Below are positions 1-7,613 of a DNA stretch of 64,000 nucleotides, in pieces. The stretch comes from a virus. The notes under the pieces were generated by a model that searched no databases, had not been told where the DNA came from, and saw only the letters and a program-made list of their open reading frames with translations. Numbering within the stretch: position 1 is the stretch's first letter; each line of letters opens with the position of its first letter. The stretch covers positions 27,441 through 91,440 of IMG/VR virus record IMGVR_UViG_3300033475_000008. One strand, written 5' to 3'. A program made the translations under genes and the position numbers.

Positions 1-62
1 CAGTTTGGCAGAGCACCCGCCTTGTAAGCGGAAGCGCGTCGGTTCGAAGCCGGCTACCAGCT
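1..62 (+). tRNA. tRNA-Thr(TGT), 5'-truncated by window edge
   Basis: Anticodon arm ccgc-CT TGT AA-gcgg; T-arm gtcgg-TTCGAAG-ccggc. Confidence 0.85.
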
Positions 63-171
63 CGGACCACGCCTTCGCGAGAAGACCTAGGCGCGTGGTG
101 ACAGGGTTCATGGTGAGAGATCGGTGTCACGGACCATGAAAGCTACCAGGGTGGGCAGGGTAGTGCAACAC

Positions 172-244
172 CGGGATGTGGCCTAGTTGGTAAGGCACGT
201 GACTGGGGGTCACGAGAGCGCTGGTTCGAGTCCAGTCATCCCGA
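172..244 (+). tRNA. tRNA-Pro(GGG)
   Basis: Acceptor cgggatg/catcccg; anticodon cgtga-CT GGG GG-tcacg; TTCGA T-loop. Confidence 0.93.
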
Positions 245-342
245 CGGAAGTGCCACCCCTCGAGATTCTGACGCTGGGGGCGCTGAGTTAAGACGCGTCA
301 GGTCTTGGCTGGTTTGCCGGTACCAACCACCACCGGTTCTAG

Positions 343-413
343 GCTCTTGTAGCTCAATGGGAGAGCGCCTCGTTCACACCGAGGATACGGAGGTTCGATT
401 CCTCTCAAGAGTA
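343..413 (+). tRNA. tRNA-Val(CAC)
   Basis: Acceptor gctcttg/caagagt; anticodon cctcg-TT CAC AC-cgagg. Confidence 0.92.
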
Positions 414-414
414 C

Positions 415-486
415 GGTGACCGTGGTGTAGCGGTAACACGCTTGACTGTGGCTCAAGCGTCACGGGTTCGATCCCCGTCGGTCACA
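415..486 (+). tRNA. tRNA-His(GTG)
   Basis: G-1 plus acceptor gtgaccg/cggtcac; anticodon cttga-CT GTG GC-tcaag; discriminator A. Confidence 0.9.
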
Positions 487-632
487 CGCGTAGGGAGTCG
501 CTGGTCCCCATGCACTAGCCGTTCTACTTCGAGTCGCGCACCGGCCAGCTACCGGGAAGAGTCAAAAGTGATGATCCACCGTCCGCTGGTGGAAGTAGAG
601 CCAAGATAGAAGATCATCACAACCAGCACCAC

Positions 633-819
633 GTGTCTGTAGCTCAGGATAGGACAGAGCGGCCCGAACAACGGAGGGCGGCAGGCAAGAGGTTTGCGGA
701 TGCACCGGGTCCGGGCCTGACGGTCACAAGCCGAAGGGTTGGGGTACCTTATCCCCCGGCAGGGAAGCGCGTTTGACCAAACTTGCCCATCAGCGTGGGT
801 TCGAATCCCACCAGACACG
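633..819 (+). ncRNA. tRNA-Arg-like RNA with degenerate anticodon arm and ~105-nt structured insertion
   Basis: Perfect acceptor gtgtctg/cagacac, D-arm gctc/gagc and T-arm gtggg-TTCGAAT-cccac, with ~135 nt between the D- and T-arms. Confidence 0.75.
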
Positions 820-829
820 CGTAGTACGA

Positions 830-889
830 GGGCCTAGTTACCCAAGGTGAGGGTGCGCGCGCAACCGGGTTCGACTCCCGCTAGGTCCA
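830..889 (+). ncRNA. Anticodon-less mini-tRNA (60 nt) with G3·U70 and A73
   Basis: gggcctag/ctaggtcc stem, D-like accc-aaggtga-gggt, 11-nt linker, cggg-TTCGACT-cccg. Confidence 0.7.
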
Positions 890-890
890 C

Positions 891-963
891 GGGTCTGTAG
901 CTCAGAGGACAGAGCCGCCGGCTTCTACCCGGCTGGTCGTGGGTTCGACTCCCACCGGGCCCA
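891..963 (+). tRNA. tRNA-Arg(TCT)
   Basis: Anticodon gccgg-CT TCT AC-ccggc; canonical D and T arms. Confidence 0.92.
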
Positions 964-980
964 CTGGTTGAGATTGGTTG

Positions 981-1009
981 TTTACATCTAGTCGAGATCG
1001 TGGTATAGT
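981..1009 (+). promoter_or_regulatory. sigma70-type promoter (TTTACA-17-TATAGT)
   Basis: Member of a motif family that recurs about 14 times in the window. Confidence 0.75.
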
Positions 1010-1059
1010 GGTTCTAGCAGGACAGCAGGAAGCAAAACTGAAGAGTGACGAGTAACGAT

Positions 1060-1135
1060 GAGTCTGTAGCACAGCGGATAGTGCAGCTGCTTCCGAAGCA
1101 GCAGGTCGGAGGTTCGAATCCTCTCAGGCTCACCA
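1060..1135 (+). tRNA. tRNA-Arg(CCG), CCA encoded
   Basis: gctgc-TT CCG AA-gcagc; acceptor gagtctg/caggctc followed by ACCA. Confidence 0.95.
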
Positions 1136-1302
1136 GCGATGCTGGCACCAGGGCATAAGCGTGACGGTCAACCACGGCTGAGAGTCGGACTGATGAGCAA
1201 CGGTCCACCTGGTGGAGGTGCGGGCACTAACGCGTGGTGGCGAGTGTACCAACAGATCCTCACCCTTCTTGCTCTGAGACTTACCACCTCAGAGCAAGAA
1301 GG
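1136..1302 (+). ncRNA. Unrecognised tRNA-trailer structured RNA, copy A
   Basis: Colinear with 1383-1546, with compensatory changes in at least four helices. Confidence 0.75.
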
Positions 1303-1306
1303 TCAA

Positions 1307-1379
1307 GCCTCTGTAGCACAGCGGATAGTGCGCCTGATTACGGATCAGGAGGCCGGGGGTTCGAATCCCTCCAGGGGTA
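1307..1379 (+). tRNA. tRNA-Arg(ACG)
   Basis: cctga-TT ACG GA-tcagg; acceptor gcctctg/caggggt. Confidence 0.93.
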
Positions 1380-1382
1380 CAA

Positions 1383-1546
1383 GTGGTGCCAGTACCGGGG
1401 CACAAGCGGAGGGCAGCACTCCGGCTGAGAGTCGACTCGATGAGCAACGAGTCACCGGGTAGAGGTGAGTGAAGCTAACGGGTGGTGCCGAGTGGAACGA
1501 CAGATCCTCAACCAGTCAGGCCCAGGGCTCACCACCCTGGGCCTGA
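1383..1546 (+). ncRNA. Unrecognised tRNA-trailer structured RNA, copy B
   Basis: Shares GGCTGAGAGTC, ATGAGCAAC, GTGGTG and ACAGATCCTCA with copy A; stems covary. Confidence 0.75.
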
Positions 1547-1552
1547 GTGGTG

Positions 1553-1580
1553 TTTACACCTCATCAAAGTGTGGTAGGAT
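1553..1580 (+). promoter_or_regulatory. sigma70-type promoter (TTTACA-16-TAGGAT)
   Basis: Recurrent motif upstream of the DUF932 gene. Confidence 0.7.
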
Positions 1581-1624
1581 AGAACCACCAGGGTGAACCT
1601 GGCAGAGTGATTGAGGAGACCACC

Positions 1625-2539
1625 ATGACCACGAGTACCATCGAGAACCGCACACTCCCCTGGTCCGGCTTGAGCACCGGTATCACCAGCGAGATCGTTG
1701 ACAGCCAGAACCTGCTCCAGAGCGCTGGCTTGGATTTCGACGTCGCGATCCGACCCATGTGGCGTCGACTCAGTGACGGCAACTTCGTGCAGGACCTGCG
1801 TGACCGTGAGGTCTACCGCACCGACACGGAGCACAAGCTCGGCACCGTGAAGACTCGCTACGAGATCTTCCAGAACCGAGACGCGTTCACCTTCGGTGAC
1901 GAACTCGTCAAGGGCGGTCACGGTCAGTGGGTGGAGGCTGGCTGCCGCAACGACGGGCGCCACGTCTTCATGACCATGAAACTGGGTGAGGGGTTCACCG
2001 TCGCCGGGCAGGACGCCTACGACCTCTACCTCTTCCTCCGCACCAGCCACGACGGCTCCACCGGCGTGTCCGCCCACGTGGTCCCGTTCCGGGTGTGGTG
2101 CCTCAACCAGACGGGACTGGTGATGAAGGAGCACGTGTCCTCCTGGACCGTGCAGCACACGACCAGTCTGGCTCAGAAGCTGACTGAGGCGAAGGCCGCT
2201 CTCCAGCTCTCCCAGTCCTACGGGGCCGCCCTGCAGACGCGGCTGGAAGACCTGGTGAAGAACCCGGTCTCCAAGATGCACGTCAAGTCCCTGCTGGAGA
2301 AGATCGTCCCGGAGACTCGTCCCAAGCGGGAAGAAATGATCGACGGGATCATGAACAACCTGAAGGACTCCCCGAACCTGGAGGGGTACCGAGACACCGC
2401 CTACGGGGCCCTGAACGCGGTCACGGAGTGGTACGACCACCTGAAGACGCAGCGCACCCCGGTGGCCCGCTTCGACTCGATCATGGCGGGTGAGGGCGCG
2501 AAGATGCGCAACCAGCTGGCCCTCGCCTTGGCCGCCTGA
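1625..2539 (+). CDS. DUF932 / phage-plasmid TIGR03299-like protein
   Basis: LGxVxxRYxIFQNxDAF, SHDGS, RVWCLNQ and TAYGALNAVTEW motifs; GAGGAG RBS. Confidence 0.85.
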   Translation: MTTSTIENRTLPWSGLSTGITSEIVDSQNLLQSAGLDFDVAIRPMWRRLSDGNFVQDLRDREVYRTDTEHKLGTVKTRYEIFQNRDAFTFGDELVKGGHGQWVEAGCRNDGRHVFMTMKLGEGFTVAGQDAYDLYLFLRTSHDGSTGVSAHVVPFRVWCLNQTGLVMKEHVSSWTVQHTTSLAQKLTEAKAALQLSQSYGAALQTRLEDLVKNPVSKMHVKSLLEKIVPETRPKREEMIDGIMNNLKDSPNLEGYRDTAYGALNAVTEWYDHLKTQRTPVARFDSIMAGEGAKMRNQLALALAA

Positions 2540-2546
2540 CGACACA

Positions 2547-2576
2547 GACGCCCCGTGCCGCATGGCACGGGGCGTC
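2547..2576 (+). terminator. Hairpin terminator
   Basis: 13-bp GC-rich inverted repeat right after the stop codon. Confidence 0.65.
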
Positions 2577-2605
2577 GAAGTTAGATTACGACTTAAGGAG
2601 TCACC

Positions 2606-2956
2606 GTGGTAAATCGTCGCACGTCTTGGTCCTACAGCTCAACCTCACCACACGGTGTGCCCGGTTTTGGTGGCTTCAGTAACGTGGCTGAACAGTTGAC
2701 CAGTCTGAACGCTGATCGTCGAGTCACCAAGCAAGGCGTGTACATGTGGTGGCGTCGACGCGAGATCACCGGGTTCCCAGAGAAGCACTGCGTGACCATG
2801 CCCAACGGGACTCAGCAACAGTTGTTCAAGCTGGAGGAAACCGAGGAGTGGTTCGAGCGTTACCAGTCACGCAAGTCTGATCGAGCTCGTCGAGTTGACG
2901 AGTTCATTCAAAAGACGCGAGATGATGAGATGAGTGAACACGATGATCAGATTTAG
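2606..2956 (+). CDS. Putative HTH (excisionase-like) DNA-binding protein
   Basis: AAGGAG RBS; VTKQGVYMWWRRR...FPE...LFKLEETEEWF pattern. Confidence 0.55.
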   Translation: MVNRRTSWSYSSTSPHGVPGFGGFSNVAEQLTSLNADRRVTKQGVYMWWRRREITGFPEKHCVTMPNGTQQQLFKLEETEEWFERYQSRKSDRARRVDEFIQKTRDDEMSEHDDQI

Positions 2957-3149
2957 CACGAGAGTCGGTCGGCACTCTTGGGTGTCTATGCCCCTGTGGG
3001 TAGTCGTGGTCCTGCTGCCACTCTACTGGGCACTGGTGATCCTGGAGATCGAGGTTCGAGTCATGTGGTGGCTGCTGGTTGGTCTCGTCACTGGGATCGC
3101 AGCCCTCCTGAAGACATACCACCGTCGAACCGCAACGCGAGTGCCGTGA
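2934..3149 (+). CDS. Small membrane protein
   Basis: Two hydrophobic segments. Confidence 0.5.
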   Translation: MNTMIRFSTRVGRHSWVSMPLWVVVVLLPLYWALVILEIEVRVMWWLLVGLVTGIAALLKTYHRRTATRVP

Positions 3150-3588
3150 GTTGATCCGTGAGCGCGTCCAATCGCTGGTCCACGTGGTCATCTTGCGCAG
3201 CCAGGTGTTGAGCCAGTTGAGTCAATGAGTCCAAGAGGGCCTCGGTGTCCTTGTAGGTCGCCTCAGCTCGCTTGTCAGCCGCAGCTGACTGCACGTTCTG
3301 TCCTACCATGATGATGGACAACAAGACCAGTTGCAGGAAGAAGCTGGCTAGCCACTGCACGATCCCGAACATGCCGCCCTTGATCGCCTGAGGCAACGCC
3401 AGGCAGTCCAGGGCGGCAAACGCGTAGGCGCACCACATGGTCCCCACTACTCGAGTGGTCCACAAGGCGACGGTGGTATTGAACCGCTGTGTCCGGGTCC
3501 CTGTGGGGTGCTGGTCCCGCACCGTGACGGGTCCCTGCCTGAGGCGCTCGTCGTGCCAGGGATGTCTCAGGTGCTCAAAGACACTCAT
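3088..3588 (-). CDS. DUF1003-like membrane protein
   Basis: VGTMWCAY...LQLVLLSIIMVGQN motif with a coiled tail. Confidence 0.65.
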   Translation of the reverse strand: MSVFEHLRHPWHDERLRQGPVTVRDQHPTGTRTQRFNTTVALWTTRVVGTMWCAYAFAALDCLALPQAIKGGMFGIVQWLASFFLQLVLLSIIMVGQNVQSAAADKRAEATYKDTEALLDSLTQLAQHLAAQDDHVDQRLDALTDQLTALALRFDGGMSSGGLRSQ

Positions 3589-4085
3589 CAGACAGCTCCC
3601 AGGTACATGACGAAGAGTTCACGAGGGAAACCGCCAGAGTTTGGTGAGACCGGGGTGAAGGTGCCTGTCCCTGAAGCGCGTTGAGCGAAGAACGCGAAGG
3701 TGTTGAGACCCGTAGTAGGGGCGATGAATGAACCAGCCAGTGGGACAGCGATGCGGCTGGGACCAGACGAGGTAGTAGAAGTCCACTGCGACTGCGCAAC
3801 CAGGGTGCTGGCCGACGTGGGAGTGGAAGCCGAGCCACTGTTGCGGATGTTGAGCAGGTAGATGTCACCTGCCACCGAGGTAAGACCAGTAAGACCGTTC
3901 ATGGTCGCGAGGTACCGTCGACCCGCGATGAGTTGGCACTGATAGGTTCCCAGGACCGCGTCTTGAGTCTCCGTGGTACCCGAGGTGATAGTACCGTTCA
4001 AGGTGGCGCTGGTCGGGGTCTTATTGACTGGAACCGCAAGCTGCGCCGTGAGAGCCAGCAGCATGAGTTCGATCGTGGATGCCAC
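3588..4085 (-). CDS. Minor tail protein
   Basis: Thr/Gly/Ser-rich beta protein at the end of the tail operon. Confidence 0.6.
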   Translation of the reverse strand: MASTIELMLLALTAQLAVPVNKTPTSATLNGTITSGTTETQDAVLGTYQCQLIAGRRYLATMNGLTGLTSVAGDIYLLNIRNSGSASTPTSASTLVAQSQWTSTTSSGPSRIAVPLAGSFIAPTTGLNTFAFFAQRASGTGTFTPVSPNSGGFPRELFVMYLGAV

Positions 4086-4093
4086 GGGTCCTC

Positions 4094-6409
4094 CTAGGCG
4101 AGTTGGATGAAACTACTGGGTGACCCCACTGGGTCTGGCCACGCTCCGCCATAGATGAGTTGAGTGACTGCGTCGTACGTTTCACCGAGGTTGTCAGTAA
4201 GCGCGACGATGAAGGCGTGAAACACTGCCGTGGCCGGTGGGGTACCGAGTTCCTGCACGGCGACTTGCGCGTAGACTGCGGTGGCGGGGAGTGACCCGGC
4301 TGAGGACACGGTGAGCACGGTGGGGGTGTTGGCCGCGATAGAAGTGGTGGAGCCGGCTGTAGTGCTGAGATAAGCGTGAGTGGCGTCGTACCAGTTGATG
4401 TCTACTGAGCACTGCGTGTATCCGACCGGGGTGTAGAACACGGTAGTCGCGGTGTAAACATACCCCTGCTGCACGGGAACGAAGTCACCACTGAGTGCGT
4501 AGACCTGGCTGGCAGAGCCACTCGGGACCACTCGGGCACTTTGAGTCAGTTGCTCATATGTATACAAGGAAGACTGACTGAGGGTGCCCCCGGTGGCTGT
4601 CCACTGACCGAGGCCCTGCTCAAAGTTCCAGGTCTGGTTGAGTGGAAGACCGGGTTGGATCGTGGACTCGCAGAGTCCCATCACGGTGAGGTCCGGGTTG
4701 GTACTGCGAACGATGGTAGTGGTCCTGGCTCCACTGTCCTCCCAGGTGTGGAGGATGGGTCCAATCGCGGTCTGATCAAAGATCTGCAAGGGGAGTGAGA
4801 ATCCACCAGGCGAGAACGGTGTCCACACGTTGACGCCACGCGGGCTTTGCAACACGGTAGGGTTACCCGGGAACACGGCAAAGTCGTAGAGAGTGCGTAG
4901 ATAGTCACTGATGGTACCACCAAGTTGCCGCATGAGCACGTGGTAAGTGGCTCCGTTGGTGAGTCCCGTGACTGGGAGTGGCACCGAGATCCGCGGTGTG
5001 ACCGTGACTTGCATGGTGCTGTAAGATTGGCCGGTGATACCGTAGAACTGCCAGTTGCCACCACCAGCGTCGTTGAGACCAAGAAGGACACCGAGACCGA
5101 CGTAACTGGCGGTCTGCCAACTTGTGTCCGGTCCGCTGTCACTGACTCCGAGTGTGAAAAAGGTGCTGCCCGTGAGTGCCATCAACCCGTAGTCGGTGGC
5201 CTGCAGGGCGGGTATGCCGTCAGCGACGTAAGCGCCGGTTGGGAGAGTAGGACCGTTGAGCCAGGGTCCCAGACTGCCGTTCTCATTGATGACCGCGTAG
5301 TAGCACTCGGTCTGGGCGACACCGTTGTAGCCACCGAAAAGGAAGAGGTAGCCGTTGACTGCGCCGACCCACGTGAACACCGGGACGGTAATCGTGGACG
5401 GGATCGGGGTAGTCAAGTTCCACGCGGTGATCTGCCCGTTTTGAACCTGCGCGTAGTGCACGGCAGTGGTAGTGGTAGCCCCGGTGCTGGTGTAGCCACC
5501 CAACGCGTAGACGTACCCGTTGTACGCTGCCATAGAGTGGTTTTGTATCGCGGTAGGCAGTGCGGTCTGCAATGACCAAGACGCGATGTTTCCGGTGACC
5601 GTGTTAAGTGACGCCGTGTACACCGCACTGATCGGTGACCCTCCCACGGTAGTGGCACCACCGGTGAACACGACAGTAGCGTCTCCGCTGCTGGGATCTG
5701 TGGACACGGTCATGACCGCGCTACCGTCAGTGGGTGCTGGGAGTGACTGTTGTGGGATGGCTTGCTCGAGGTTGCCCACTGAGTCATAGGTGATCGTGTA
5801 GACTGAGCTGGTCGCGGCTCCACCCGCCGCGCCACCGGCCATGAGAATGTAGGGGTCGTAGTACGTGGACACGGTGGAGGTGTTGGCACCACCAGTGCCC
5901 GTGGTGGGGAAGGGCCACGCGTTGGTACTGACCGCGCCGATGTGGAAGCCGTTGAACTGGGCCAGAGCCAGAGGGTTGTTGGTATACGTCAACGCCGGGT
6001 TGGCCGTGCTACTGGGAGTAGGAAGACACGCCGTCGCTGAGAGTTGGTTGATCCAGCTGGCAGGGACTCGAGTCTGTTGCAACACGGTACCCGGGACACC
6101 GGCGTTGTCCGCACACAGGGACACGAGTAGGTCAGCTCCCTGACCCACTGAGTAGAGTGGGATCTGCACGCGACCGATGTTGGTGCCTACCATGGTGAAC
6201 GGTTGATCAAGGTCCAGTGTGCTGAACTGTCGCCTGGCAGCACCACCACCAGTGCCGTTTGGCGTGAGGATAGAGGCCCCTCGGTAGATCTCTGAACTGC
6301 CGTGTGCTCCCAAGAGTTGATTGATCCCCGTGGCATAGAGGGTCGCTCCCGGGTCCTGGCTGAGACCGTTTCGAACCGAGGACCAAGTGGGAGTGGAAGT
6401 GGTAGGCAT
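4094..6409 (-). CDS. Minor tail protein with Kelch-type beta-propeller and C-terminal carbohydrate-binding-like domain
   Basis: YVYALGG and YLFLFGG Kelch repeats; NWNFEQGLGQW CBM-like start. Confidence 0.7.
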   Translation of the reverse strand: MPTTSTPTWSSVRNGLSQDPGATLYATGINQLLGAHGSSEIYRGASILTPNGTGGGAARRQFSTLDLDQPFTMVGTNIGRVQIPLYSVGQGADLLVSLCADNAGVPGTVLQQTRVPASWINQLSATACLPTPSSTANPALTYTNNPLALAQFNGFHIGAVSTNAWPFPTTGTGGANTSTVSTYYDPYILMAGGAAGGAATSSVYTITYDSVGNLEQAIPQQSLPAPTDGSAVMTVSTDPSSGDATVVFTGGATTVGGSPISAVYTASLNTVTGNIASWSLQTALPTAIQNHSMAAYNGYVYALGGYTSTGATTTTAVHYAQVQNGQITAWNLTTPIPSTITVPVFTWVGAVNGYLFLFGGYNGVAQTECYYAVINENGSLGPWLNGPTLPTGAYVADGIPALQATDYGLMALTGSTFFTLGVSDSGPDTSWQTASYVGLGVLLGLNDAGGGNWQFYGITGQSYSTMQVTVTPRISVPLPVTGLTNGATYHVLMRQLGGTISDYLRTLYDFAVFPGNPTVLQSPRGVNVWTPFSPGGFSLPLQIFDQTAIGPILHTWEDSGARTTTIVRSTNPDLTVMGLCESTIQPGLPLNQTWNFEQGLGQWTATGGTLSQSSLYTYEQLTQSARVVPSGSASQVYALSGDFVPVQQGYVYTATTVFYTPVGYTQCSVDINWYDATHAYLSTTAGSTTSIAANTPTVLTVSSAGSLPATAVYAQVAVQELGTPPATAVFHAFIVALTDNLGETYDAVTQLIYGGAWPDPVGSPSSFIQLA

Positions 6410-6416
6410 CAGGTCC

Positions 6417-7157
6417 TCACGTGACAGAGATCAAGTTGAGACCACTGGAGTCATAGGTCAAGGTACGAGAAGAGTACACGTAGTCGTTGGCGGCTTGCGC
6501 AACGGTGTATTCAGTGAGAGCGGTGGGAACGTTAGCCGCGGTACTGACGAGGTCGAGCCAGCGCGCACCACTGTCCTCCCACGTGTGTGCCAAGCTGCCG
6601 CTTCCCAACGTGAGATCGAACACGTTGTAGATGAACCCGTAGGCTTGCGGGGTCCACGTGACACCGTCTGGTGAGGTAGAGGCACCACTAACCTGGTTGT
6701 TCCGGTTCCACGTGTAGAAGTTTGACGGGTCGCCCACCGCAGGGACGACGAGCCAGTACTGCGTGGAAGGTGTCAACATGTTGACCGGGACCGGGATGCT
6801 GACCGTGGCGCCACCTGCGGTAAGGTAAGACGTGGGCACCGTCGTGCTCACCAGCGCTGACCCCGTAGGTGCTGTACCAGTACTCGCGTACACGCTGAGA
6901 GTCATCGGAGTGGGAGCACCCGTGTACCCCAGCGTGATCCTGGCCCGTCCCAGTGACGTGGTGCTGGCAGCGGTGGTGAAAGACTCCGCGAGCCACGTTC
7001 CATTGGTGCTCGTGTTACCAGCGCCCGCGGTTCCCTGTGACGCGAAACTAGTCCCACCGTAGACATAGGTGATCGCGTGACTGCCCAGGAACTGGTTGAC
7101 TTGCGCGGCTAGAGGTTGTGAGCCCGCGGACGCGCCAACCCAGTTGGGAGTGGTCAC
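6417..7157 (-). CDS. Minor tail protein (paralog of 9653-10411)
   Basis: NQFLGSH, LTPSTQYW and HTWEDSGAR motifs shared with paralogs. Confidence 0.7.
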   Translation of the reverse strand: MTTPNWVGASAGSQPLAAQVNQFLGSHAITYVYGGTSFASQGTAGAGNTSTNGTWLAESFTTAASTTSLGRARITLGYTGAPTPMTLSVYASTGTAPTGSALVSTTVPTSYLTAGGATVSIPVPVNMLTPSTQYWLVVPAVGDPSNFYTWNRNNQVSGASTSPDGVTWTPQAYGFIYNVFDLTLGSGSLAHTWEDSGARWLDLVSTAANVPTALTEYTVAQAANDYVYSSRTLTYDSSGLNLISVT

Positions 7158-7175
7158 TTCATCACCCGATCATTG

Positions 7176-7583
7176 TCAGGAAGGGTAAATCATCTGATCT
7201 GTAGTCGTGCTGCTCAAGACGACAGGTGCGTATGAGCTGCTCAATGTTGCGTCTATTTCGAAGATCCATTGACGATGAATTTCAATCGCAGCTTGCGCTG
7301 CAGTTGTCGTTACTCCTAGGTTAGACACAGCAAGCGTGCACAATGAGTTCAACCATGTAGTCAGGTTAGCCTCATAGGTGTCTTGATCGAACCACGAGTA
7401 GTCGTACGTGATGTTGCCAGACTCATCGATCCCGGTATCGAACCCAACGCTCATGATCTGAGCATCTGCAAAACCACCGACATTTTGTCGCCCAGCAATA
7501 TCAGAGACAGGGGTCATTGTCACCGAATAGATGATCGTTGCGACATGCGTGCCATCCGGCAATGTGGGGAAGTGATTAGCCAT
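7176..7583 (-). CDS. Hypothetical protein, lower GC
   Basis: AAGGA RBS; lies in the operon after the tailspike. Confidence 0.6.
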   Translation of the reverse strand: MANHFPTLPDGTHVATIIYSVTMTPVSDIAGRQNVGGFADAQIMSVGFDTGIDESGNITYDYSWFDQDTYEANLTTWLNSLCTLAVSNLGVTTTAAQAAIEIHRQWIFEIDATLSSSYAPVVLSSTTTDQMIYPS

Positions 7584-7613
7584 GATCGTATCCTTATCTA
7601 GATCGATTGCTTG

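Noticed and set aside
633-819. tmRNA or group I intron-containing tRNA
   Set aside because: Too short, has a D-stem, lacks G3·U70, and the putative exons do not rebuild an anticodon stem.
1176-1186. GGCTGAGA as a TPP riboswitch
   Set aside because: The remaining TPP consensus is missing and no regulated gene follows.
1189-1200. CTGATGAG hammerhead-like core
   Set aside because: No matching GAAA strand, and copy B reads CTCGATGAG, so the bases belong to a stem-loop.
549-1462. ORFs overlapping the tRNA array
   Set aside because: They run through tRNAs and structured RNAs and show no protein-like features.
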